This document shows, one piece after another, positions 13,901 through 24,731 of a stretch of DNA of 64,000 bases. The stretch's first letter is position 1. Every line of letters starts with the position of its first letter. The stretch lies in assembly GCF_964355755.1 (NCBI RefSeq), contig NC_092673.1:34717648-34781647 (forward strand), in the 5' to 3' direction. This DNA comes from Antedon mediterranea (lineage: Eukaryota > Animalia > Echinodermata). The notes under the pieces were generated by a model. The model had not been told where the DNA came from, ran no database searches, and was given only the letters and a program-made list of their open reading frames with translations. A program made the translations under genes and the position numbers.

Positions 13901-16900
13901 GAAAACTCAATAGAAAAGTACAACTTAAATTGATATAACGAATTGCAAGACGTCATTCGTCTCGTACGTCAAACCACAATGCGATGAGATGTATGTTCTG
14001 ATTTGTGGCATAAATGGCAACGTTGAACATTGTTGTAAATAAATCTATTAATTCAAAGGTATAGTACAAATATGTATTCTTTTGTATGGCAATGTATGTC
14101 AATCGAAAGCCACTTTGTTTGATATATTGTATTGTCTCAATATTTCATTTTGTTTAATATTCTTCCTAGACTTCCTCATATTGCATCTTCATATAGAAAT
14201 AGGTAGTTTTTATCATATACTTTGTTAAGAGAATTTACAACCATTAACTAGTGGAAATTATCATAAAGCTCAAAACTAATTTTAATCGCCATCTTGCCTT
14301 AATTTACGTGTTTTATATTCCTTAAGTTAGTAAATGAAACTGTTATAAAATGATATTAAAAAAAACAAAAGAATGCAGGCTTACACTGACATTTACCAGT
14401 CTGCATCATCACGATGCAAATGTCTTTAACCTAAGTTCTTTGGAATTAGATTAGATTGTGGGGTTGTGGCACCCATTCGATCATTGTACGGCGTAGTACG
14501 AAATGATTTGAACAGTTTTTATGTTTAAATAAAAACCTGCTGACGTTATTGTTGTTGTGTTGTGTGTGTAATACACCATCACTGAAGTTTGTTTTAGATG
14601 TAGAAGCCATAGATAATTCATTTATGTCTGTTTCTTTTATATAGGTAATGTTTCTTAATTAGCTGTTGAAGAAAAAACACCTGTAATAACCAGTAATGTT
14701 TTGTCGAATAGCATGAATGGCTCAAGGCTCGTTAATGCCTCTCTTTAGCAGGCACATTAGCTTAACGTGTGTTGAATGCAGTAAGGAAAGTACAGTATTC
14801 AACATTTTCCAAGTTCAAAACAATTATATATATGATAGTATTGAGAATGAAGATCGATAGGTTGGTTTGACTAGTAGCCTACTCGGAGTGTTGTGAATAT
14901 GGTGATCAATGGGTACCATGCGGACCCATCGAACTGAGCCGTCTAAATGTATGTAACAATGTCTGTCGTAGGCATACTTTTTAATACTGTACCATGTTTA
15001 TTATTATGAATAGGACCAGGTTATTACAAAGTGCGACAACGTTGTTAAAAAGTGCGACATAAAAGAGGTATAACATTAGTATAATGATGATAACAATAAT
15101 AATCGAATACAATAGTGTTGTTGGGTTCATGGTGGTAAAACTAAGGATTTGTTGTGGCATGGTGTGTGGTAAATATTTATTAATGATGATAAAGATAATT
15201 ATAAGGAAACAATAATTGATAAAGGCTATAATGTTGCTAAACAACCCGGTGCGCGCGCAGCTTCATTGTGTAACTTATACTCAAAGCTTTTCTGTATTAA
15301 TTTGAATGCTATTACATTTCCTTTAGAGTCCATAATAACGTATACAGTCGTCGTGTATTATGAGGATAGAAATATGAAATGTGTTACAATAGAGTGTTGA
15401 TTATGACGTCGTCGCAATGATGTAACTGGCGGTCGTGATGGGGATGATCAAAGGATAGAACCGACGGATAGACCTGTTAGTAGAAATACAGTAATATCAC
15501 ACTTCACAAAAGCATTAGGCCTAGCTTATTGTGACTATCCTTACACATATCACAGTCATTTTTATGAACGTCTAGATAGGCCTAAAAAAATATATGGATA
15601 CTTGTAATCTTTAAATATTTCAATATTCTTGTATGGATTTCATCAGCGGCAGTGGAATTTATAAACTCAGTTAAATAATACTGTTCTTAAAGGATAATGA
15701 TAAATAATAATATTTAGATCCATCGTCTGTCATGACCGATTTGGGCATACTTCTTAAGCTCATTGAGGTATACCTCAATGTTAAGCTCTGTCTACACTAT
15801 CAAACTAGTTTACAAGTGTGATGTATCCGCCCAAATATGGTAGTGATATTCCCAAACATGGTAGTGGTATGACATCACCATGTCCATATAGGCCTATTGG
15901 CACATTACATTTTTTGTCACATAAAGTTTGAGTGTAGACAGAGCTGTAGAAGAAGGTAAGAATAGCGATGGTGTTTTCACGAATAAAAGAGGTCTTACTT
16001 TTTTACAGAGAGAAATTTGATCTGCTTAGGGATGCATTTTATTTGGAACAAATTATTTGATTCCTGTAGATATAGAAATATTCATGTTCACGAAGAGCTT
16101 AATGACGCTTGTGTTTAGAAGTTAGTTTATGTCTACTAAGCTTTACACTTAAGATATGTATTATAATAGACCGTGCAATCTATTACAATGGTTGATATCA
16201 TTAACATAGTAACACGAAAAATCATAGACCTTGGTTTAGATATGTTTTTTTACTCAATAAATAAGCCTACACATTTTTATAAATATGACTATGTATTATT
16301 ATTATTGTCCCTAAGGTACTACATGTCAGTAAATATACAATAAGGTTGATGAATCTCCGCACCGTTTACATTACACCTTACAGATGATACATAATATGCC
16401 GTCATATTTAAGGTACAATGTCATCTTTTATTAGTTTTTGTCTTTCGTGGGAACAATCCACCTTTACAATTTATAGAAATTGTATTCTAAGTATTGCAAT
16501 TAGTAGCACACAAGATTTTAAACAATGCATTAATGTTTTATAGGCCTACATAACAAAAAAATAAAAAATTGGCTTATCAACGATACAAATGGTAAGCATA
16601 AAAATATAATTAAAAAGTACTATAAACTACTATAACATGACAAGTCTCCGAATTGCGTTAATAGGTCAGTATTATGAAAGTTCCATGATACAGCCTGAAA
16701 TGTTCGTCACATGTTATCCTGTATCATAGAATTTGGTTAGAGAAGTACACCCAGTAGTTATATTTCTAAAACACGTTTATGATTGTGCTTCGTGGACCTA
16801 TGTGAAATAATTATTATTAAATTTCGTAAACTCTATTGCCATTTGTTTTGACCGCGTAATGAGCTATTAGTCTTCCAATTGATAAAATAGGCAATAGCGG

Positions 16901-19650
16901 TGATATAGTTGATTTTCAACTACAGACGATAAAAGTATTATTTTGCAATGCGAGGTAGACAACGATACCGCAGATTGACATTTACAGTTAGATTAATCAA
17001 AGTATCGAAAAAGTCATTGCAAAGCATTCTAAAGCTCTGTTTACGCTATCAAGTAGTTCGACAAAAAAAAGTGTGATATGGTAGTGATATGACATCATCA
17101 TGTCCATATATGGGTACATCACATTTTGTTGTCACATAAAGTTTGATAGGAGTATAGACTGAGCTTTACAGTTACAAATTGTTACAAATTTAGACAAGCA
17201 GGTGGCTACATATTCCCGATAAGATATATCTATGTCTATATTGTGAATTTTTCCGGTAATCGCATCTGATTTTCGTATATAAAAAACTCGGGCATTCTGC
17301 CAAACTCTATACATTGTTTGAAATGGAGACAAGCAAGGTAATTACGTATTCCCGACAAGATATATTATTTTTGTTAATACGAATTGTCCTAGTTATGACT
17401 GTATAACAACATTTAATGTGTTTACTGAATTTGAATTAATATGTATCCGGGTCATAAAGTTAGATGTGTGCACGTCTACATGCTTAGCATTGCGTGTCGT
17501 ATATTGATACATGCTTTATCTAGTTATCGACGTCTGAAGTTGTTATAGGTTGGTTGGTTGGAATTTCCCTAAAGTGTGCTCTGACATGAACATCATTTTA
17601 AAATTAAACCTACAACGGGCTCATTCGTATAGGAAACAAAAGTACTTTAAATTTACAAGGCCAACAGCCATTAAGTCGCGTGCTACAATGCATAGTGATA
17701 CCGGACCGACAGACAGACCGACAGACGGACCGACAGACAGACAGACCGACCGACCGACCGACATAGTAAACTATACTGACCGAAATTACTGAACATGTTT
17801 AAAAATGTTGAAATGTTTAAAAACATTTATATTTTTTTAATTTATACGTGCGTAGCCTGTCACTTTTGACGTGCTCGTATAACGTAATTTCGAGTTGAAA
17901 AGTAAGTCAAGAAAACAGAAATCGTGCAAAAAGAGTGCGCAATTTAACGCGCAGTGCGCGCGCAAAAATAGGCGCACTCATGGCAATTTTGTAAACGCTT
18001 AAAATTGCCTGAAACGTACTCTTATTTCATAGAAAATAAAAAATTTTAAGCGCGCGTACGCATGCGTTACATGCGCTACGCACGTAATTGTATTGCCATA
18101 TGATGATTTACCAAATTTTATTTAATTGTGATTCATGGTTGTGAAGATATGATTACAAACGTGATTTCGTTAAATCGTGCGTAGACCGCGTAATTTTTTA
18201 TTGCGCACCGTGAAAACATAACCACATCGATTCCTGGCCATAAGGAATATACTGTGAAAAATTGACCTAGCTAGATTAAACTGATATCAAGATACGGTCA
18301 GAAAGCGATAAAACGCATAGTGATACCGGACCGACAGACCAACAGACCGGCCGACCGACCGACATAGTGAACTATAGAGTCGCTTCCACGCGACTAAAAA
18401 CAAAAGACCGGTCTGAATTGTAAACCAGTTGTCCGAGACCAAGAAAGAGGTTATTCAATTTTTAGTGTTTATATTTAACGTGTTTACGGTGGTTTATTTT
18501 GGGTATTTAAAAAGAAAGATTAATACAGTAACTCACCGGTTTTCAATCTTGAGTTCTCCGTTTCAAAATCAAAGACATCACTATCGCTATCAACATTTTC
18601 TTTAAACTCATAATCAATTGAATCACAATTTTCTTGTACAATAACTATAGGTGTTTCGTCTCTGGATTTTCTTCGTCGGTGCCACCATTCTTTGATGGCC
18701 AAACTCTTCCGTCTTGGTGGTTTCATCTCCCTGGGGCTAGGTGGTTCCATATCGGACTCGATAGAATCAACAGACTCTTTACTGCCGTGTGGTGAACGCG
18801 TTCGAGTTACTCTTGCCACCAGTCGTGGAATGGCCAGTAAAGACACAGACGGCCTTCGATTGTCAGAACTGTTTGAAAGTTCTCTGGTAGATCCTTTATA
18901 ATCTGTGCATCCAATTTTTTGTAGTAACTCCATTTTCTTATGTATAATTTCCGTTTGGATGTTTGTAAGAAACGGATACATATCCACTGGTTTAACACCT
19001 TTTTTGTTTTGAATTGTTATTCGTGCCCCGTGTTCAAGAAGAATGATCAAACATTCATGGCACTCTGTGTGCCGTTGCGCGGCTACGTGCACCGGGGTGT
19101 CACCGTTATCGTCTGCGCAATTGACGTCTGCACCATACTTGATCAGCAACCTCGTAAACTCTGCGTTGTTTTCTGACACCGACAATGATAATGGTGGACC
19201 ACTTAGGAAATGGAAGAAATCTTGGTAGTATTTGGTGATATCATTGCTTGTGCTTTGCGAATAAGAAAACCCTGTATTGTTTAACAGTTTGCGAATGATA
19301 TCAACGCATTCTGATTTGGAAGTTGCAGATGCGTCAGGGTTGCGTTGACTTTCAAGAATTTCACGCGCAACTGCCGCTGACCAGTGCGAAACAGCAAAAT
19401 GTAAGGCAGCCTTCAATACAACCTTATAGACGGTGTAAATCCCAACTGTTATACACTCGTCATCATCATCGTCATTTTTGTTTGAATCTTTATCACTTTC
19501 GTCATCATTTCCAATGATTATGTTGACCTTAGAGTTCATTCCTTCCATTATCCATTGCACTGTTGCTACGTCATCATTTCGAATCGCGTCAATAAACATC
19601 TGATTGCCGTCTTCTTCAGTCGTCGATTCATCGTCACTGATAATAGACAT
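1504..19650 (-). CDS. Large multi-exon gene, 3' end not found in window: ankyrin repeats, ARM/HEAT-like helical region, RasGEF-N (REM)-like region and FERM central (B-lobe) domain
   Basis: Phase-compatible GT-AG exons 19650-18537, 13009-12828, 12129-10939, 10474-10234, 9775-9735; then 6022-5840, 5467-5099, 3368-3273, 1950-1504. Small exons between 9735 and 6022 (candidates 7440-7387 and ~6810-6767) are unresolved. Motifs: ankyrin 'LLIKYGADVNCADDNGDTPVHVAAQ..CLIILLEHGA'; REM-like 'CAQLLYDWVKLAPNDF'; FERM-B 'MRKDILSGHLPCSKKQAAALASL...AKRMYVAYCSKLPAYNSYLF'. Confidence 0.75.
2070..2250 (+). mobile_element. Probable 3' end of a LINE (CR1/L2-type)
   Basis: Stem-loop ggggccccag...tggggtccc followed by AATAAA and a short tandem tail (aaatt/aaatg)n. 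Confidence 0.4.
3807..3856. repeat. Perfect 22-bp inverted repeat with 6-nt loop
   Basis: GTGAAATGAAATTTGCAGGCCT atcccc AGGCCTGCAAATTTCATTTCAC. Confidence 0.9.
3948..4120. repeat. 28-bp minisatellite, ~6 copies
   Basis: Unit aataatacaatctgtatgacatcatcat. Confidence 0.95.
6908..7070. mobile_element. MITE family A copy
   Basis: agctctgtctacacta...gatagtgtagacagct. Confidence 0.8.
8850..9060 (-). mobile_element. Probable 3' end of a LINE (L2/Crack-type), minus strand
   Basis: TTTATT poly(A) signal with T-rich tail, and hairpin aggggcaact...agttgcccct. Confidence 0.4.
9067..9297. repeat. 14-bp minisatellite
   Basis: Unit aagtataagggatc, with recurring variants aagtttaagggatc and aagaagggatc. 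Confidence 0.95.
9309..9470. repeat. ~19-bp minisatellite with palindromic core TACTGCAGTA
   Basis: Unit attctactgcagtacattt. Confidence 0.9.
10768..10932. mobile_element. MITE family B (TIR ~AGCTTGGTTCCCACTAGGACGCAA); relatives at 12209-12418, 20858-20985, 35298-35443
   Basis: ttggttcccattaggacgcaa...ttgcgtcctagtgagaaccaagct; relatives carry internal inverted 'ttgaccaatcac/gtgattggtcaa'. Confidence 0.7.
10939..12129 (-). CDS. Large internal exon of the same gene (helical segments flanking an S/R-rich low-complexity region)
   Basis: 377-aa ORF extended to acceptor GGTTAG|GTT at 12129; donor CAG|GTATAA at 10939. Confidence 0.85.
15761..15780. mobile_element. 20-bp palindromic insertion with 7-bp TSD (P-element-like footprint)
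   Basis: TTAAGCT|CATTGAGGTA TACCTCAATG|TTAAGCT. Confidence 0.8.
15784..15945. mobile_element. MITE family A copy
   Basis: agctctgtctacactatcaaact...agtttgagtgtagacagagct. Confidence 0.8.
17033..17165. mobile_element. MITE family A copy (diverged)
   Basis: agctctgtttacgctatc...gtatagactgagct. Confidence 0.75.
17655..18400 (-). mobile_element. Helentron/HINE (DINE-1-like) non-autonomous element; fragments at 32621-32675 and 32707-32797
   Basis: Minus strand: TTTTTAGTCGCGTGGAAGCGACTCTA hairpin, (GTCG/GTCT)n microsatellite, subterminal inverted GCACGCGACT, terminal GGCTGTTGGCCTTGT. Confidence 0.65.
18537..19650 (-). CDS. First coding exon of the large gene, ankyrin-repeat region
   Basis: 376-aa ORF with ankyrin motifs; ends at donor ACC G|GTGAGT in phase 1, matching the acceptor at 13009. 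Confidence 0.9.
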
Positions 19651-22600
19651 TTTGAATGAAATACAACCTCAATTGGCTTCCTCTGGTTTTATAGTTAACC
19701 TAGTAACAACATCATTCCAAGATTTTGTTCCAAAAAGTAATGTGCCCTGGATAACGGTTGGTCAATAATAGCCACCTTGAACATTCGTCAAATATATTCA
19801 TTTTTGGTCATTTAGTTGGAACAAGAAAGAGCCATGTCTCTCTTCCCTTGATTGAACAACAATATTTGATTCAAACCACGTTCCTTGTTGTGAAGATCTG
19901 GAGCGGTGATCCAATTTTGCATCCTGTAGAAGAGGAGATAATGAATAATTTAGCTTTATACGAAGTACCAGCATTGTTTAGCATATTAAATTATTATATA
20001 GCGAATAAACAACTTTATCTCTAGGCTCTGGAAGATGAATGTGTTACACATTTTCCACTAATATTATATTATGCACAAATTACCTGCCTCTAATTTCGAA
20101 AACATACTAACAGACAAATCGATTAATGTGGTATTACATACATGTTTTGCGGCTTGAAAAACACTTACCTGAGAAATGTGAAATGTTATCGTGATGTATG
20201 GACTCGGTTTAAAATTAGGAATGTATAATACAACAATATAAATTGACTAAAGATATCGGGACCGATCAATAATATTATTTTAGACATTGGAATAACAAGA
20301 CATTATAAAGCGTCACTTAAAAAGGTGGTTACGGGTTTGAAATATATAAACATTGATAATATAAACCCAACTTATTGTTAGACAGGGGTGAAGCAGCAAG
20401 CACCCCTTTGATGCTAGCATATTTACTGATTTTTAAGACAATTGGTAACTATTAGTAATAAAATAAATTTTTTCTAGCATTCGATTAATCGCTGTCGTAA
20501 AATAAATGGGTTATTATAAACATGCAAAGGTGTATAATAAACAATGGCAATTAGGAAACCGGTACCCTTTAAGCCAAAGATTAATTTTTTTCATATGAAA
20601 TTCAATAGTCATGTTGATAAACAGTTATCGCCCACATAGACACATTTGGTTATAAAAAGTAACAAGGTATATTTGATTTCAGATGAAGTTATTTCTTCAT
20701 TATGAAGTATTAATAGCAGGATATCAGGCCTACTGTAATTACCATCTCCACCGTAATCTATATCTTCATCATACGTCATTATTAAACATTATAATCAGTT
20801 AATACTATATAAGTATGAACTATTATTAGTACTCATCATCGCCGTCATCATCATCGCTAAGCTTATTTTGAATCCCATGAGGACGCAAAGCAATTAATTT
20901 GACCAATCACAAGGGATAGTTTAGATGATTCGTCGCTTGTGATTGGTCAATTTACTTGCGTTGTGGCGTAGTGCGAACCAAGCCTTATCAGTATCATTAA
21001 AATCATAAATATCACTCATCAACATTTTAATAACCGTTTATCATTATTAGCATGCACTCATAGTATATTATCATTCTTGTAGTTTTTATCAACATTAGTG
21101 TTGTTAACTTATTATTACCTTCGCTTTTTGTTGCTTCTTCTTATTTTTACTCTTAAACCAAATTTTACAGAACATGAGCAGACACATTATGGTTACCTGG
21201 TTACGGCTTGATTTAAATGTTTTTGGTTTTTCTATTTGACAAATTATCAGACAAGAATATAAAACAATTATTTAGTTGAATGTTGTATATAGGATGTCAC
21301 TTATATTCGATGGTATCGACGTACGTGTCATCATAATCTCCCAAACTATTTTTTGTAAATGTACCAAAATACTATTTAATTAATCCACCCTGTAATTTTA
21401 ACATGGAAATAAAGATTTCCGATAATATGTAAAACATGTGAAAAGATTTAATATCCCAAAGCAGCAGATACTATACTTAGGCCTAATAACAATTTTTACA
21501 TCCAGGGAGATGATTCAAAAAGTCCCCGGGTCATCAACAGAAATGCTTGTTTTAACATTGACTATCATTAACTGGAAATAATAAAAGAGCGTATTTAAAC
21601 CTATCGAAAGAAGTAAAAGAATGATATTAATAAAAGCAGTTCTGTTTCACATTACCTTGATTCAATTTCCTGCATTGCATCGGTTGAGTGGAGATTGGTT
21701 CGTTGTCAAGATATTTCTAAGTGCGCTTCTTCATCCTATAGCATCACCGTCGTTACTACTAAACATCTTATATGCGGTACACGAACACAACTGATTGGTT
21801 TACTTGAAAATCAAGGAACAGACGATGTGATTTCCCGCTACGTCAGCAGCACGACGACAATCGCAGTTGATTAGCCGCTTAATTAATAGTTCATTCTTGT
21901 AACCAACACTCTTTGAATTGTATGTGACAAAGGCAATCATTCACGTTACTATCTTAATCTCGGTATAGCTGTTTTTGCTAATGCGCAAACACACTATATC
22001 AAATAGGACCATACAATAAATAAATAATATTGACCCTTCCCTCTCATTGCTTCTGAAAGTACCTAGACCAGCAATTACCCTGGCCCCAGCCCCTGTATAC
22101 ACATGGTTATCCCCTAGCCTTCCTCTGACCCCAGCTCATGGATATCCAGGCCACAGCATCAGGACAACCCAATTTACTCCCCTGGGATCCTCTCCTTATA
22201 CAATCCAGACGTACGGGTCTTATTAGCAGGCCTATGCGTATAGTTTGTATGTTCCTATGTTGATATCTTAAACTCATAAGCTGTAAATTTTGCTGTTTAA
22301 TAATACCGAGCAGTACATTGGAGTACGTTATGATTAATACAATAGTTGCTTTGTGTAGTATTGTATCGATAGGAAATTAACTACGTTAGAGCTTGCTTGT
22401 TATGCAGTTATGGCATAATATTGCTACTTTTACAGTTTAAATCAATTACAACGTTGAAATACTGATGTAGGCCCATCTTGCTTCTACCCACGGTGCATTA
22501 GGTGTTCATTTTTGTATTAATTTTTAGTAGGCCTATAGTAATAATTTATTTGGTACGATGAGATTGATTATGTATAAAAGCATTTACGTAATAGGCATAA

Positions 22601-24731
22601 TGCATGAGAATGTTTAAATGACGAATAGTAGTTGTTAGGCTTAATGACAGAGTAGATGATATGTGTCATATATTTGGAATATCGGTTAGGTCAGGGAAGA
22701 GTCACTCTTAATTCCCTGTAGGCCAGCCCAAAAAGTAAATGGGTTATTTATGGGTCACTGGTAGGCCTAGAAGCGCCAGCGCCGTGACAAGCGACGAGCC
22801 GACTCATTATAGCGTGACCCAACCCAACCTGACCACCACACCAACCGTTAGGCTTTGGGAATGAAATTACACTCTTCCCTGGACTACTTATTAATACTTT
22901 ACAACTACAAACCTTCATGATTGTTCCGGTCATTTCAACTTTGCATTGGATAAAGTGTCTGACAGGGCTACACAGCCAGGCGCATGATGAGGAATCCTAT
23001 TCTAAAACCACCCGCGTCCGACAGGGCTCACCTAGGCTAGAGCGTCAAAATAAAAATCACCTACCAGGTCTAGGCCTAGCGAATTGCCCATGCTTATAAA
23101 CAATATCAATTAAATAAATCTCCCAACACATAAAACTGTCTTGCGTTTGGACTATGTGAATATTTATAGATATTCCTTCCTTGGTTGTCAAAGCAGTGAT
23201 ATTTACTCACATTCTTCCTTTTTTAGACTACTGTGTTCGCTCGAAGTTCAGTCAAAAGATCGGCTGACTTTTCCCAACAATCCACTTATTTGATTGGTCA
23301 AAAGTCAATGTAGTCCATGACTACACTATCCGGTAATCTGATTGGTCAGTAGTCAATTAAGACTAACTTATCAATGTAGTAAAACATTTTTGTAATTTTC
23401 AAACGTTTTTTTAAAATGTGTAGTTTATACACCATGTATTATTATATAGCCTTTCTATGAATTCAATTCAATAATATATTTAATTTAATGTATTTAAAAA
23501 AATTTTATGATGAAAAATAATTGTATGGCTCGATTATTCGCGAGCTTTAAATCTATGTTGCGCCATTACATCTCCTGGTACGGTGTCACTGACTGTATTT
23601 TTATGTAATACGCTTGTTTGTAACGACTAGAAACAAGCCACACAATAGCAGACGACCTTCTGCTGATACATCTAGTAGTTTTTGTCAAACACGATTTATC
23701 CGCCCACGTTTTCCAATGGCATTTGAATTCAGTTAGCATAATACTTTATAGTCCTACTGTCGAAACAAAAACATCTTTGAATATAACTATGAAAAAACAC
23801 CAATTATTTTCATTAACTTAAGTTGTAGAAATACGCCTTAGTTACCAACTAAATTGGAAAGTAGAAGTTAATTTAAATTGAATTTAAATCTCAATAATGT
23901 TCTTAATTAACTTAAAGATGTTTCTGAAATGTACGTAGCATCTTGGGGAATACATGGTAATGGTGGAAAAACACAATTAGTTTTATAGAAATAGTTTTTT
24001 GAAATACGCCCTATACTGTAGTCACCAGATAAACTAAATTGGAAATGTATTGGATTCAAAATCTCAATACTGCATTATGTTAATTAAAGATATGCCTGAA
24101 ATATACGTAGCATTGCGTATTAAATATCGCGGAATCCGCCTTTTCAAAGTTTAAAATGCCATTATAATGAGTCGCTGCCCAACCTGCTATCATTAATATC
24201 TAATATACTTTGCAATGTCCAATTGTATTGAAGGAAATTAAATGTTCAACATTATTGGAACCATGTTGTTAATTTCGTAATGAGAACGCCGCTAATTAAA
24301 GCCTGAATATTCATTGTTGATTAATTATAAAAAATCAATTTGATTAAAAGTGTGTTGCATTGTTAGTATTAGTGATAGTTAGCGGTTGATTGCTTGCTTT
24401 ATTTATTTATGGATGTAGGGTGTAGGTGTACATTTTTGACAACCTAAATAGTAAAAAACTGAATGTTTTCTAGTTATTTCATCCAGTTGATGAAATATTA
24501 TCTCACAATTCTGATCGTCTTCCCTTCTCCACACCACCTCTGACAACTAAATTTATCAGTTTGCCGCCCTCTAGAATAACTAACTAACACTATCAATCAT
24601 GTGATATCGTCAGCAAATGGCTGATCTGTTGTGCGTTAGATTTGTTGTACTGTTAGATTTTTGACAACAAAAACAAAACAGTGCATGCTTCTTTTATATT
24701 AATAGTATTTTGATTCAGTGATAAATGCAAC

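Noticed and set aside
18692-19517. Plus-strand ORFs overlapping the ankyrin exon (likewise 11148-11761, 32913-33302, 55992-56231)
   Set aside because: Antisense or alternate-frame shadows of real exons.
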